Positions 30,135-41,012 are shown, counted from the first letter of the stretch. The stretch: 64,000 nt of DNA from an uncultured delta proteobacterium (GCA_963728565.1 CAVSLC010000010.1:128001-192000), one strand, 5' to 3'. The notes: generated from the letters alone by a model not told the origin. Numbers and translations are program-made.

Positions 30135-31223
30135 ATGTTGCTCATTAACAACCAGGAAGTGGAAAAGCTCTTCGATATGAAGGCGTGTCTTGCGGCTCTG
30201 GAAGACGCCTACGACGATCTGCTCATCGGTGACGCGGTTTATCGCCCGCGCTTGGATCTCTGGATGCCGTGCGATCGGCCGGACGGTTATTGGCGTTGGG
30301 GAACGATGGAAGGCGCCAGCCGGAAGATCGGCGTGTTCGCGATTCGGATGAAGTCCGATGTGGTTTACTGGCCCAACGGCGACACCGAAGAAAAATACTG
30401 TATGCAGCCGGGGACATGGTGCGGGTTGGTCATGGTTTTCAGCGTGCGCAACGGCGAGCCGCTGGCGATTATCAATGACGGTTTGATGCAGCATATGCGG
30501 GTGGGCGGCTGCGCCGGGCTGGGCGTGAAGTATTTAGCTCGCGAGGATGCCTGCGATGTCGGCATGTTCGGTTCGGGCGGTATGGCGCGCAGCTACCTGG
30601 AGGCGTTTTATGAAGTACGTAAACTAAGAACAGTCAGGGTCTACAGTCCGACGAAAGCCAATCGAGAAAGCTTTGCTCGGGAGATGACCGGCAAATTGGA
30701 TTTAGAAGTGGTTGCCGTGGACTCGCCGGAAAAGGTCGTGCGCGGCGCCGATATCGTCGCCACCTGCACCGATTCGACCCGAACAGTTTTCGATGAGCCG
30801 GAGTGGCTGAAAGCAGGAGCGCATATCACATGCGTGCGCGCTTGCGAGATCGGCCCCCAGGTGATCAAAAAATGTGATCTGTCGGTCAAGCTTGGCAAGA
30901 ACACGATCGAAGCGATGGACGAAGGCATGATCCGCCTGCATGGCAATGTCGGCTACATCGCCGGACAACCCGAAGAGCGGAGTCGCATCCCCAATCCGAC
31001 AGTAGACAATTACAAAGGCGATTACTTCAAGTACTTTATGGATGTTCGCGGCGGAAAGGCGCCTGGACGAACCAGTAGCGATCAGGTGACCTTTTTCATC
31101 AATGCCGGCACGCAAGGACTTCAGTTCGCCGCCTGCGCCGGCAGGGTCGTCGAATTAGCCAAGCAAAAGAAAGTCGGCCGCGAGCTACCGACCGAATGGT
31201 TTTTACAGGATATTCGTGACTGA
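30135..31223 (+). CDS. Ornithine cyclodeaminase / mu-crystallin family protein
   Basis: AGGAGG RBS; motifs HMRVGG, GMFGSGGMA, VYSPT, ADIVATCTDS. Confidence 0.88.
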   Translation: MLLINNQEVEKLFDMKACLAALEDAYDDLLIGDAVYRPRLDLWMPCDRPDGYWRWGTMEGASRKIGVFAIRMKSDVVYWPNGDTEEKYCMQPGTWCGLVMVFSVRNGEPLAIINDGLMQHMRVGGCAGLGVKYLAREDACDVGMFGSGGMARSYLEAFYEVRKLRTVRVYSPTKANRESFAREMTGKLDLEVVAVDSPEKVVRGADIVATCTDSTRTVFDEPEWLKAGAHITCVRACEIGPQVIKKCDLSVKLGKNTIEAMDEGMIRLHGNVGYIAGQPEERSRIPNPTVDNYKGDYFKYFMDVRGGKAPGRTSSDQVTFFINAGTQGLQFAACAGRVVELAKQKKVGRELPTEWFLQDIRD

Positions 31224-31428
31224 GTGAGAATGTGCATCGGAATTTGCCGGTCAGATCTCCTGCTGTCGGCAGCGCGAAAACACTTAAGGCAGGTGCCAAA
31301 TTCAATCGCTCCCACATCCGCTTCGATGATCTTACCGTGAGATGTCTGTTGGGTTGGCAAACCAACCCCGCCATTCGTTTGCTCATTGAGGGAAAATCAG
31401 ACATCTTCCATCACCAGAATATATAGCC

Positions 31429-33507
31429 ATGGAAAACGCCGAATTTTTCAATCTATACAATCATGGGCTCATCCGGGTCGCCGTCGGCATTCCGGAAGTG
31501 CAAGTCGCGGATCCGGCGTTCAACGGGAGCCGCACCATCGAGCTTATGGAAAAGGCGGAGCGTGACAAGGCGGTTCTAGCGCTGTTTCCGGAACTGGGGC
31601 TCTCGGCCTACTCCTGCGACGATTTGTTTCACCAGCAGGCCCTGCTGGACGGATCGTTGGATTCCCTGCGGATGATCTTGAAAGCGTCGGAGGCTTTGAG
31701 CCTCATAGCCGTAGTCGGCATGCCGTTGCAAGTCGATCACCTCTTGTTCAATTGCGCCGTTGTCCTCTCTCGCGGGAAGATTCTCGGCATCATTCCTAAG
31801 TCGTTCCTGCCCAATTATCGGGAATATTACGAGTACCGACAGTTTGCTCCCGCGGCCGCAGCTTGCAGTACCGAAGTGGAAATCTTCGACCACAGCGCCA
31901 TTCCGTTTGGGTCGCACCTGCTTTTCCAGGCTGACAAGCAGCGCGAGTTTACGTTCTGCGTGGAAATTTGTGAAGATCTTTGGGTACCGGTTCCGCCTTC
32001 GTCTTATGCCGCATTAGCCGGCGCCACTGTTATCTTAAATCTTTCAGCTTCGAATATTACGATTGCCAAGGACGAGTATCGACACAACCTAGTCGCCAAC
32101 CAGTCGGCCCGATGTATCGCCGCTTACCTCTATACCGCAGCAGGCACCGGCGAATCGACCACCGACCTTGCATGGGACGGCCATGCGATCGTCTATGACG
32201 GCGGCGTTCTTGTCGGAGAGTCGGAACGGTTCCGTTACGACTCCCAGCTGGTGCTGGCGGAGCTCGATTTAGAGCGGCTGGCGCTCGAGCGCATGCGTCA
32301 GAACACCTTCGGCCAGAGCATGCAGCTACACCGCGAAGAGTTGCGCCGCTTCCGCAAAGTTCCGTTTAGTCTCGAGACGCCGAAAACGGGCCGTCTATTG
32401 TGCAGCCGAAAGATTGATCGATTTCCTTACGTTCCGTCCGACCCGGCGGTGCGCGACCGCCGCTGCTATGAAGCGTACAACATTCAGGTGCAGGGATTGG
32501 TCAAGCGGCTCAAGAGTTCTAAAATATCCAAAATCGCTATCGGCATTTCCGGCGGGCTTGATTCAACTCACGCGCTGGTGGTGGCTGCGCGAGCGATGGA
32601 TGTGCTGCAACTGCCTCGTTCTAACATTTCGGCCTATACCATGCCCGGCTTCGCCACCAGCCAGCATACCTTGGAAAACGCCAACGCGCTGATGGCGGCC
32701 ATAGGTTGTGAATCCCATGAGTTGGACATTCGCCCGAGCTGCGAGCAGATGCTGCGAGATATCGGCCATCCCTATGCGAGCGGGGAACCGGTTTACGATG
32801 TTACCTTCGAAAACGTTCAGGCGGGAGAGCGCACCAGCCACCTTTTTCGGCTCGCCAACCTTCATCAAGCATTGGTGCTTGGCACCAGTGATCTGAGCGA
32901 GCTGGCGCTGGGCTGGTGCACCTATGGGGTGGGAGATCACATGTCCCATTACGCCATCAATGCCAGTGTGCCGAAAACTCTGGTGCAGTTTCTAATTCGC
33001 TGGGTTGCTGATACAAACCAGCTCGGTGAGCAAGCGAGCCAGGTTCTGCGGGCGATTCTCGATACCGACTTCAGCCCGGAGCTGATTCCCGCCAAGAATG
33101 ATGGAGAGCCGTTTGCCCAGAGAACAGAAGACGTCATTGGTCCTTACGAGCTGCAGGATTTCACGCTGTATTACACCCTCCGCTTTGGATACACCCCCTC
33201 GAAAATCGCATTTTTATCGTATTGCTCCTGGAGAGATCGGGCTCAGGGCCGCTGGCCCGAGGTTGCGGAGCTTAAGCGCAACCAATACGCCATCGGCGAA
33301 ATAAAGCACTGGCTTTCGGTCTTTGCCCGGCGTTTTTTTCAGCTCAGCCAGTTCAAGCGGAGTTGCATACCCAATGCGCCGAAGGTCGGCTCAGGCGGGT
33401 CTTTGTCGCCGCGCGGCGACTACCGGGCGCCCAGCGACAGCGAAGCGACGGTTTGGTTAGAAGAGATAAAGAACATTCCAGATCAGGATCTCGAAGCCGG
33501 TTCGTAG
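31429..33507 (+). CDS. nadE: Glutamine-dependent NAD+ synthetase
   Basis: Nitrilase domain (FPELGLS, PK, EICEDLW) plus synthetase domain ([30 protein letters not shown]). Confidence 0.95.
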   Translation: MENAEFFNLYNHGLIRVAVGIPEVQVADPAFNGSRTIELMEKAERDKAVLALFPELGLSAYSCDDLFHQQALLDGSLDSLRMILKASEALSLIAVVGMPLQVDHLLFNCAVVLSRGKILGIIPKSFLPNYREYYEYRQFAPAAAACSTEVEIFDHSAIPFGSHLLFQADKQREFTFCVEICEDLWVPVPPSSYAALAGATVILNLSASNITIAKDEYRHNLVANQSARCIAAYLYTAAGTGESTTDLAWDGHAIVYDGGVLVGESERFRYDSQLVLAELDLERLALERMRQNTFGQSMQLHREELRRFRKVPFSLETPKTGRLLCSRKIDRFPYVPSDPAVRDRRCYEAYNIQVQGLVKRLKSSKISKIAIGISGGLDSTHALVVAARAMDVLQLPRSNISAYTMPGFATSQHTLENANALMAAIGCESHELDIRPSCEQMLRDIGHPYASGEPVYDVTFENVQAGERTSHLFRLANLHQALVLGTSDLSELALGWCTYGVGDHMSHYAINASVPKTLVQFLIRWVADTNQLGEQASQVLRAILDTDFSPELIPAKNDGEPFAQRTEDVIGPYELQDFTLYYTLRFGYTPSKIAFLSYCSWRDRAQGRWPEVAELKRNQYAIGEIKHWLSVFARRFFQLSQFKRSCIPNAPKVGSGGSLSPRGDYRAPSDSEATVWLEEIKNIPDQDLEAGS

Positions 33508-33566
33508 CCGCTCTGGTTTTTAGCATGGCCAAGTAGCAGCGTTCAGATATCGACTCTGCAAGCTCG

Positions 33567-34274
33567 ATGAACGAAATCAGCGAATACGTTGCGCGCGTTG
33601 CCGAGCGCTTCCACTCTGAACTTGGGTCTTCGCTGGTAGGAGTCTATAAAGTTGGCAGCCTCGCCCACGGCGGCTTCAGCGCCACTTACAGCGACATCGA
33701 TGTGGCTCTTCTGCTCAACTGCCAAGAGCCGCCATCGGACTTCGCGGCGCTCGTGATTCAAGCCAAGAGTTTGCACCCCGAGTTAGGCAAAAAGCTCTCG
33801 GTGTTTTGGGGCAATCCCGTGTTCAGCTGGGGGCGCCTGCCGATAATCGATCGGTTGGATCTACTGGATCATGGGATTCCGATAGTGGGCGATCACCAAG
33901 CGGACTTTCCCCGGCCGACGCGGGTTGAAATTCATCAAGCGCTACGTGAAAGCATAGAAAAAAGTTGGCAGCCGCGTATTCCTGAGCTCCAGGGGTTAAC
34001 CCGGCTCGAAGCAAAAGACCGCAAGCCCTACGTGCGCGCAATCCTGTATGCAGCGCGCCTGATTTTCACCTGGGACAAGCTTCGGGTGGACTCGAACGAT
34101 CGCGCGGTCGAATATCTGCACCAGGTCCGACCTCCCGGCCTTGATCTCGAGTCCATCGAGAGGGCGCTCGCCTGCCGCCGAGGTCAGTGTACTGCCGAGG
34201 AGGTGTTTGCTCTGCGAGCCGATCTCAACCGCCAGGTCCAAAGCGCGCTCAGTTATATTTCGAAAAGAACTTAG
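33567..34274 (+). CDS. Pol-beta-fold nucleotidyltransferase (AadA/KNTase-like)
   Basis: GSLAHGGFSATYSDIDV (GS...DxD) plus a helical C-terminal domain. Confidence 0.75.
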   Translation: MNEISEYVARVAERFHSELGSSLVGVYKVGSLAHGGFSATYSDIDVALLLNCQEPPSDFAALVIQAKSLHPELGKKLSVFWGNPVFSWGRLPIIDRLDLLDHGIPIVGDHQADFPRPTRVEIHQALRESIEKSWQPRIPELQGLTRLEAKDRKPYVRAILYAARLIFTWDKLRVDSNDRAVEYLHQVRPPGLDLESIERALACRRGQCTAEEVFALRADLNRQVQSALSYISKRT

Positions 34275-34405
34275 GGCCAAACGGTTATGCGCGAGCAGCC
34301 TTTGAATTCAGAGTTTTCCTGCCGAGTGAAGAAGTTGTTTCGACTGAACTACTAGAGCTACAGCCTCACTGACACGAAGTCCTAAACTCCTACAGGAGGC
34401 GAATC

Positions 34406-34591
34406 ATGAAAATCGCGACTGCCTTTCTTGTGCTGGTTGCCAGACAGGAAATTACCAGGAGAAAAGCTGGTTGCTTGCTCTTCTTGTCTGTCCATTTGAT
34501 TTCCAGTTGCGCGGTATTAAACAACAGCGTGAAATTTTATCAGGACCAACCGCGCCGGCCGATCAATTGGCGCGAATACACAAGCGACTGA
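34406..34591 (+). CDS. Possible small lipoprotein
   Basis: AGGAGG RBS; hydrophobic stretch ending LISSC. Confidence 0.3.
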   Translation: MKIATAFLVLVARQEITRRKAGCLLFLSVHLISSCAVLNNSVKFYQDQPRRPINWREYTSD

Positions 34592-34686
34592 GTGTGGTGA
34601 ATAAAAGAACCGCTCAAGCTCGCGGCTCGACGGTGCGAGAAGAGTAGGACTCTGGCTTGTCGAGAATGCCGTCAGAGCGCTTGCGC

Positions 34687-35277
34687 TCAGCCGGTCATCT
34701 CGTACGGCACTTGAGTCGGGCCGTCGATCTGCCGGATGGTTTGCTTCTCCAGATCATAACTTCCCTGCGTGGTTTTTCCGGCGACCCTTTCCGAGCGCAG
34801 GATGATAGCCACTGATCTGGTGGCGCCGCCCTGTTCGGCATGGATATCGAACGGCGGAACCAGATCTACTTTGCCTGCATTCCCTTCGGTGACGCTTTCC
34901 AATTCCAATTTCGCATAACCTTCTTTGCTCCGATCATCGGCGCGGCGGAATCGTTCGAGTCTTTCAGTGCCCTCCAAAATACCGTACGCCGTCCAGGCAT
35001 GCGCATGATCGTGGATGCTCCCTTTGCGACCTGGGACGCGGACGACACCGTTGATAGCAAAATTGAAATCCGGATCTTCGTAGAACAGTAGATTCTTGCG
35101 TCCTTCGGTGGAAGGCCACGATCTCGCGGCATTTTTAACGCTAGGATCCTTGACAAACTCTTCCAGCAGGCTCGCGCCCTTTTTCATACGAGCGTGCATG
35201 TCCGGCAATTCGGACCAGGCAGCGCGCAGTTCCTGGATAAACTTTTCGAATGCCGGAAGTTGTGTCGCAGTTGTCAT
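34687..35277 (-). CDS. Cysteine-dioxygenase-like cupin
   Basis: Motifs RKNLLFYEDPD, IHDHAHAW, DIH; GGAGG RBS before ATG 35277. Confidence 0.8.
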   Translation of the reverse strand: MTTATQLPAFEKFIQELRAAWSELPDMHARMKKGASLLEEFVKDPSVKNAARSWPSTEGRKNLLFYEDPDFNFAINGVVRVPGRKGSIHDHAHAWTAYGILEGTERLERFRRADDRSKEGYAKLELESVTEGNAGKVDLVPPFDIHAEQGGATRSVAIILRSERVAGKTTQGSYDLEKQTIRQIDGPTQVPYEMTG

Positions 35278-35368
35278 CTGACCTCCAATAGCTGCTGGCA
35301 ACTAGCGCTTGCAGACCGAGAGTTTTGTTACTGATTTGAAGAATAGCATACTGAGACTGCAAGCAAGA

Positions 35369-36391
35369 TCATTTGCCGCTGTTAACTTGACGCACGAACC
35401 GGTCATCGAAAAACTGCCCCGGTGCCGCTTTCTTTGCTTCGGGGATGGTTTCCGACAGGAAATCCAGAATGCCCTGAACACCGGGTTCGGAAATTACCAG
35501 CTCCCGTCTGAAGCCCGCCCGCCGATAAAACTCATACGTCTTGTCGAGCACGTCGGCATCCGCTTCTTTGGTGTATTTGCCGATGACCTTCATGGCGAAG
35601 GGCTTGTCGCTGTAATATCGATCGATACCCGCGCGCACCGAGCGCAAGAGCGGCACTAAGCGCGAGCCGAGCTCGTCCATGCGGTTGCGCCGCACGACAA
35701 TCCCGACATTCTGATAGGGAACATCAAGTAAATTAACCATGGAACGAAAGCCGGCACGCTCCAGGACAAAGCTGGCGGGAGGCGCGCCCAAGCCGCCGAT
35801 GATCTGACCGCCGTGGAGAGCGGCAACGACCTGGGCACTGCTGCCGAGAGGAAACAGTTGCACGTCTTTCGGCGTGAGCCCCATTTTTTTGAGAGCTACC
35901 AGGGTGCCGTAAGCCACCGGCGTGGCCGGCCGGTCGGTGCCGACTAGCTTGCCCCTGAGTTGTTCCGGGCTTTTTATTTCCGGTCGCGCATAAAAGTCCC
36001 AGATCATCGTATTGAGCAGTCCCGCGACAAAGACGACGTCGTGACCGCGCAAGGAAGCGGTAATTACCGGTGCCGCCGAGACTTGAACCGCATCGATTTC
36101 ATTGGCGATGAGCGCCGGTATGGCGACACTCGAGGCCATCGACAAAACTTCGACTTCGACCCCTTCTTTGGCAAAGCCGCCGATCTCTTTAGCCATCCAC
36201 AGCGACGCCATTGTCGCCGACGTGCTGAGATAAGCGACCCTGAGGGGCCGGCTCGGGCGAGGAGATGCTTGCGCGAGGGTGACTTCGGCCTGAGTTATTG
36301 AAGATGGCAGCGATTGCAAAGAGGCTGCGCCGGCTTCAGCGCCGAATAGCATTCGGACGGCCATGCCGATCAGCAACAAGGCATTGCCCAT
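35369..36391 (-). CDS. ABC transporter substrate-binding protein (SsuA/NMT1/THI5-like)
   Basis: Motifs LWMAKEIG.FAKEGVEVE, IKSPEQLRGK, FFDDRFV. The longer ORF start is an artefact of the upstream MITE. Confidence 0.85.
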   Translation of the reverse strand: MGNALLLIGMAVRMLFGAEAGAASLQSLPSSITQAEVTLAQASPRPSRPLRVAYLSTSATMASLWMAKEIGGFAKEGVEVEVLSMASSVAIPALIANEIDAVQVSAAPVITASLRGHDVVFVAGLLNTMIWDFYARPEIKSPEQLRGKLVGTDRPATPVAYGTLVALKKMGLTPKDVQLFPLGSSAQVVAALHGGQIIGGLGAPPASFVLERAGFRSMVNLLDVPYQNVGIVVRRNRMDELGSRLVPLLRSVRAGIDRYYSDKPFAMKVIGKYTKEADADVLDKTYEFYRRAGFRRELVISEPGVQGILDFLSETIPEAKKAAPGQFFDDRFVRQVNSGK

Positions 36392-36462
36392 GAGCCGATG
36401 CCGCAAAAAAACTGAAGCGCGCAACCGGTAAAACAGCCTGATCGCGGTTCGACGTGTTCTGG

Positions 36463-36560
36463 CAGGCTGCTGAAAAAAGCCTCTTGCAGGCTGCTCAAAA
36501 AGATCCAGAGGCGAGACGATTGAGCGGCAACGAAGCATATGGGTCTTTTTCAGCAGTCTG
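36463..36560 (-). mobile_element. MITE-like element, copy 2 (internally deleted, extra end)
   Basis: Minus strand reads CTAG-CAGACTGCTGAAAAAGACCCATATGCTTCGTTGC...TTTTTGAGCAGCCTG plus a second TTTTTTCAGCAGCCTG end. Confidence 0.65.
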
Positions 36561-36752
36561 CTAGGATGTGCTTCTTTTCTGGATCGATTCATTCTGTAGT
36601 CGTCACTCAGGCGAAAGTCAAAATTATCCGAACAAGCAAGGCAGGTGCAGAAGGAGCGTCAAGCATGAACATTTGCCAATCATGAACTCACAGGGTGCTC
36701 GAACAGAGCACCGCGGGTCAACGGATTCATGCGGCTTGAAGTTCAATGCGCA

Positions 36753-37376
36753 TTACTCCCTGTTTCGGCTCATTTGCTCGTCCCGTCGCGCTGCGTCGAT
36801 CTCCCATTCCATGCGATTGCCGACCCATTCCGCGGTTTCGATCACTCGCTGTGCGCTCCATCGACGATCGGTGATTTGCTTCAAAAAGCGCTCGATCTCA
36901 GATCTAACCTCTCGATTGCTATCCCAGTAAATTCCCTGGGGCAAATTGGCTTCAATATACTCGAGCCATTGGTAAATGGCTTTTAATCCGGCGGTAGTCT
37001 CCTGAAAACCCGGTTCTCCATGGTTCTGACGCACTAATGTGATACCAAGATAGAGTCGCGCCATTGCATCGTCTGGAAACTGTAACGTCGCCTGCTCGAA
37101 GGCTTGGCGCGCTTCCGAAAACCTCCCCAGCTGGTAAAGAGCGCGACCGGTATAGGTGACCGTGGACTGTGGAAGTGTGCTGAAATACAAGAACTCAGGG
37201 TCGAGCTCGGCGGCGCGTTGGAAATGAGCGAGGGCGGCCTGCGCATTGCCGGCAAGGAGCGCTTGCCTGCCTCTGTGCACTTCAATCATTGCGGTCATCG
37301 GTTTGCAAGCAGCATGGTTGAGGACGAAAGGAATTATCAGTAGGAGAAAGGCGGTCCTCATACTCAGGTTTGACAT
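36753..37376 (-). CDS. Secreted TPR-repeat protein
   Basis: Signal-like N-terminus; TPR patterns ALAHFQRAAELDP and ARQAFEQA...P.D.MARLYLG. Confidence 0.75.
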   Translation of the reverse strand: MSNLSMRTAFLLLIIPFVLNHAACKPMTAMIEVHRGRQALLAGNAQAALAHFQRAAELDPEFLYFSTLPQSTVTYTGRALYQLGRFSEARQAFEQATLQFPDDAMARLYLGITLVRQNHGEPGFQETTAGLKAIYQWLEYIEANLPQGIYWDSNREVRSEIERFLKQITDRRWSAQRVIETAEWVGNRMEWEIDAARRDEQMSRNRE

Positions 37377-37659
37377 ATTCAATAGTACGTGCCGCTTGAT
37401 GGTGCAAGAAGCCGCGCTCAGGTGGCGCGCGATTATCGAGGTATGGCGGGACCGGCGACAGAGCAGCCGAGACCACTCCTGATCGCGGCGAGTCGAAATA
37501 GCCAATACGGCTTCACGACGGCGTGCTCACAGAATCCTCAGCAGGTGAAGCACGACCGCGCAGCAACAATTTTGGTTATGGTTTGATCCGGTATAAAGGT
37601 AATTGCTTGGTATCGAGTGATCCCGGCGTGGCGCTGTGTCTAATCAGAAAAACTGTCGA

Positions 37660-38349
37660 TCATTGCGCAACCAGCACGGCTCCGGCGGTTTTACTTTCGC
37701 TAAAAACACCTAGTTTAGTCAATGTGTACTGCCCTGAGCCGTAAACCGGTCCCTGGTCCAATTGGCATCCCAGCCCGAGTGTCAGATGCAATTGGCTGTA
37801 GTACTCCATATCCATGCGGTGATCGATCTCCACATAGTAGCCGTCGAGGCGGCCGGCCGGAGTGTCGAACTGCGACGAAGAGGCGGGCTTTACCTGATGG
37901 GTCACGCGCCCGGCGCGCTTGAGCTTGCCGGTGGCAAGACTGTACATCTTGTAACCGGTCTCCCGATGAATAAGGTCGGAGGATTTGACATCGCTGGGCA
38001 TCACCGGCAGAGCCGAATCATAGATGATAAAACTCCGGCTGTTTGGCAAGTCGAGTCGCTTCATCGTCAATGCGCCGCCGGGTTCGCGAACTACATGGAC
38101 GGCAGCGTAGTTGCCGAAAATGAGCTTCCATCGTTTTCCGTTGGCAAGGTCGGGTTCGGACGTGAGCGGGACCACTTTGCCGCGGTCCTTGCCCTCGGTG
38201 ATCTTAAATTCTTTCTGCCAGCTGGCCAGAGGAATTAGCTCCCGGAGAGAAGATTCGGAAGGTAGCGGCAAAGACCATGCAAGGGGAGGTAGTGCGGAGA
38301 TTGACAGGCAGATCACTAGGTTGAAGATAACAGCCAGAGGACGTCTCAT
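37660..38349 (-). CDS. Secreted beta-rich hypothetical protein
   Basis: GAGGAG RBS, signal peptide, FDTPAGRLD (TPAG-type) motif. Confidence 0.65.
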   Translation of the reverse strand: MRRPLAVIFNLVICLSISALPPLAWSLPLPSESSLRELIPLASWQKEFKITEGKDRGKVVPLTSEPDLANGKRWKLIFGNYAAVHVVREPGGALTMKRLDLPNSRSFIIYDSALPVMPSDVKSSDLIHRETGYKMYSLATGKLKRAGRVTHQVKPASSSQFDTPAGRLDGYYVEIDHRMDMEYYSQLHLTLGLGCQLDQGPVYGSGQYTLTKLGVFSESKTAGAVLVAQ

Positions 38350-38447
38350 CGGGTCTTTCTCTCCTCGTTCTGCGCGTCTGCGCCTTAGGCGGGACAAATT
38401 CTAGCCACTAAATCATAACTCACCAGCTATTTCAAATTTGCCGCGCC

Positions 38448-38456
38448 TGTTATAAT
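38448..38456 (+). promoter_or_regulatory. Extended -10 promoter TGTTATAAT for the ku operon
   Basis: Exact TGnTATAAT about 70 bp upstream of ku. Confidence 0.5.
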
Positions 38457-38524
38457 ACAGGACGAGGTTCTCGTTCGCTCGGGGCTTTGCCTGAGCCTGG
38501 GTTAGACTTGAAGGAGGAAGCATC

Positions 38525-39382
38525 ATGCCCCCGCATTCTATTGGTTCCGGTACGATTTCCTTCGGTTTAGTATCAATTCCCGTTAGACTTTACTCAGCCG
38601 CCTCCTCGCAGTCGGTGAGCTTCAATCTGCTTCATGCCAGATGCGGCAATCGGATCCGGCAACAGCGCTTTTGTCCGGTATGTAATGAGGTCGTCGAGCG
38701 CGATGATCTGGTTAAAGGCTACGAGTTTGCCAAGGATCAATACGTCAAGATCCAGGACGAGGAGTTGAAAGCGCTTGAGGACGAGGCGTCCAATGCCATC
38801 CAGATTGCCGAATTCGTGCCGCTTTCACAGGTCGATCCTGTTTACTTCGAAAAGAGTTATTATCTCGGCCCCGACAAGGGGGGCGAAAAACCTTATCGTT
38901 TGTTGTCCGATGCGATGGCGCAAGCCGGCAAGGTTGCCTTGGCCAAATTCGTCATGCGCGGCAAAGAAAATTTAGTGCTGGTGCGCTCGGCGCAGAATGG
39001 CCTGATGCTTCACGCGATGTATTTCGCCGACGAGGTGCGTAATTTTGCTGAGATCGGTAAAGGAGAATCGGCCAAGGTCACGGATGCCGAAACCAACCTG
39101 GCGCTCAGGCTTATCGACGAGCTTTCGAGCGAGCAGTTCAGCCCGGAAAGGTATGAGGATGAATACCGCGACCGTGTTCTGGAGTTGATCAACAGCAAGG
39201 CGCAGGGCAAACAAATCACCATCGCCGCGCCCCCGGCGCCGCGTGCCCAGGTCATCGACTTGGTGGCCGCGCTCAAGGAAAGTCTCGGCAAAAAAATTCC
39301 GCAGGAAAAGAAGCCGGCAGTTCGGGCGAAGCCGGCCCAGCCTGAGAAGGCCAAAAAGAGAGCTCAATCCGGTAAGAAATGA
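38525..39382 (+). CDS. ku: NHEJ DNA end-binding protein Ku
   Basis: Motifs GTISFGLVSIPVRLYSA, VKGYE, YFEKSYYL, VIDLVAALKESL; basic C-terminal tail; AAGGAGG RBS. Confidence 0.95.
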   Translation: MPPHSIGSGTISFGLVSIPVRLYSAASSQSVSFNLLHARCGNRIRQQRFCPVCNEVVERDDLVKGYEFAKDQYVKIQDEELKALEDEASNAIQIAEFVPLSQVDPVYFEKSYYLGPDKGGEKPYRLLSDAMAQAGKVALAKFVMRGKENLVLVRSAQNGLMLHAMYFADEVRNFAEIGKGESAKVTDAETNLALRLIDELSSEQFSPERYEDEYRDRVLELINSKAQGKQITIAAPPAPRAQVIDLVAALKESLGKKIPQEKKPAVRAKPAQPEKAKKRAQSGKK

Positions 39383-40200
39383 AACTGTTCACCACCGGCG
39401 AGGTGGCGAAGATTCTCAACCTTCCGGGCAGTCGCATCCGCTCTTTTGTTCGCGCCGGATTTCTCAAGCCCGGCCGCGGCAAGAAGAAATCGCTGCAATT
39501 TACGTTTCAAGACGTTCTCTTTCTCAAGACAGCCAAAGGTCTCCTCGACTCCCGCGTTCCATCTAAAAACATCATCCGCATGCTGTTGTCGTTGAAGCGC
39601 CAGCTTCCCGGCGATCAACATCTGTCCAGCGTGAAAATATATGCCGACAATCGACGAGTGATCGCGTGGGACGGCAAGGCACGCTGGCAGCCCGACTCCG
39701 GACAGTTTTTGTTTAACTTTGATGCCCGGGCCGTAGTGCAAAGCCTGAATGCGCCGATAACTGCGGCAAAGCCGCAAGCCGGCAAACTGAGCGCTCAACA
39801 TTGGTTCGATCTGGCCGTGGAGTTGGAGGAGAGTTCAGTCAAGGAAGCTCAACGGGCCTACCACATGGCGCTGGAGCAAGACGCGAAAATGGCGGATGCG
39901 CACCTAAATTTGGGAAAGCTTTATCATGACCTCGGTGAGCTCAAGAAAGCCGAAGCTCATTACCGCGCTGCCGCCGAAAGCGCACCGAAGGATCCGGCGC
40001 CGAAATTCAATCTCGGTGTGTTGCTTGAAGATGCGCGGCAAATCCAAGCCGCCCGCTGCGCTTACCAGGAAGCAGTCAAGCTCGATCCGGGCTTCGCCGA
40101 TGCCCACTATAATTTAGCTTTGTTGTGCGAGTCGTTAAATGAGAAAGCCGAAGCGGTGGCACATTTCCGCGCTGCGCGAAAACTCTATCTGAACAAATAG
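39379..40200 (+). CDS. MerR-type HTH + TPR-repeat protein, translationally coupled to ku
   Basis: N-terminal TTGEVAKILNL...FTFQDV; TPRs ADAHLNLG, FNLGVLLED, ADAHYNLA; ATGA overlap with ku. Confidence 0.85.
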   Translation: MKLFTTGEVAKILNLPGSRIRSFVRAGFLKPGRGKKKSLQFTFQDVLFLKTAKGLLDSRVPSKNIIRMLLSLKRQLPGDQHLSSVKIYADNRRVIAWDGKARWQPDSGQFLFNFDARAVVQSLNAPITAAKPQAGKLSAQHWFDLAVELEESSVKEAQRAYHMALEQDAKMADAHLNLGKLYHDLGELKKAEAHYRAAAESAPKDPAPKFNLGVLLEDARQIQAARCAYQEAVKLDPGFADAHYNLALLCESLNEKAEAVAHFRAARKLYLNK

Positions 40201-40214
40201 TATCTCGCCAAGGT

Positions 40215-40961
40215 TCATGGCCGGGAAGATTTTGTCGACTGCTCATGGCGCTCCTTGAAGCGTTTCAAGAACCATGACGCAGCGATGAGAAGCAACACTA
40301 AAACCACTATCAAAGCAACGAAGCTACCCGCCCCTGGATTGCGCAGGACCTGTTCGATTTGAAGTCCGGCAAACGTCAGTACGATGATACCGGGTATCCT
40401 GCCGACGATGCTGGCCGTAATGAAGTGTCGGAAGCGAATAGGAATGCTGCCGATAAAGATATTTACCAGTGTGAAGGGCGCTACCGGTAAGAGGCGCATA
40501 GTAAGCACGGCCAAGAAACCATGGCCGGCCGCTTGTTCGAGAAGCCGGTCGATTCGCGGACCGGCGAATCGGTGAAAGAGCTTGTGCTTGAAAGCCCGAC
40601 CTATAGCATAGCCCAGTGCGGCACCTGCAAGCCATCCTGCGAGACCATAGGCGTTGCCCCGGATCGGCCCGAAGGTAAAAACCGTGGCGACGTTGAGGAT
40701 GGTCACCGGGAAGAGGACCAGACTTCCCGCTAAATAGGTGCCGATCACGAATAAAAGCGCCGCCGGATGAGCGCGCACGGAGTTTTGCCATTCGACGATA
40801 GTTCTGAAATTGATCCATTCACTGATCGGCGTCCAGCGCCAGGCGATGGATAACCCGAGTAGCACAGCAACAAGCAGGAGACATTTGAGCAGCGGGCCGC
40901 GAGTTTTCTCAGCGGTTTCGACTTCGCTCTCGTGCGGAATCCCTTTAGCTGCTTCTCCCAT
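40215..40961 (-). CDS. TVP38/TMEM64 (DedA/VTT) membrane protein
   Basis: Motifs LFPVTIL, FGPIRG, MRLLPVAPFTLVN, GRIPG. Confidence 0.85.
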   Translation of the reverse strand: MGEAAKGIPHESEVETAEKTRGPLLKCLLLVAVLLGLSIAWRWTPISEWINFRTIVEWQNSVRAHPAALLFVIGTYLAGSLVLFPVTILNVATVFTFGPIRGNAYGLAGWLAGAALGYAIGRAFKHKLFHRFAGPRIDRLLEQAAGHGFLAVLTMRLLPVAPFTLVNIFIGSIPIRFRHFITASIVGRIPGIIVLTFAGLQIEQVLRNPGAGSFVALIVVLVLLLIAASWFLKRFKERHEQSTKSSRP

Positions 40962-41012
40962 TTGATTTAGGGTAAAGGTCGGATTGCCGTGAAGCAAGGT
41001 CGGATTTGTTAT

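Noticed and set aside
36392-36592. N-terminal extension of the ABC substrate-binding ORF
   Set aside because: It is translated MITE and intergenic sequence.
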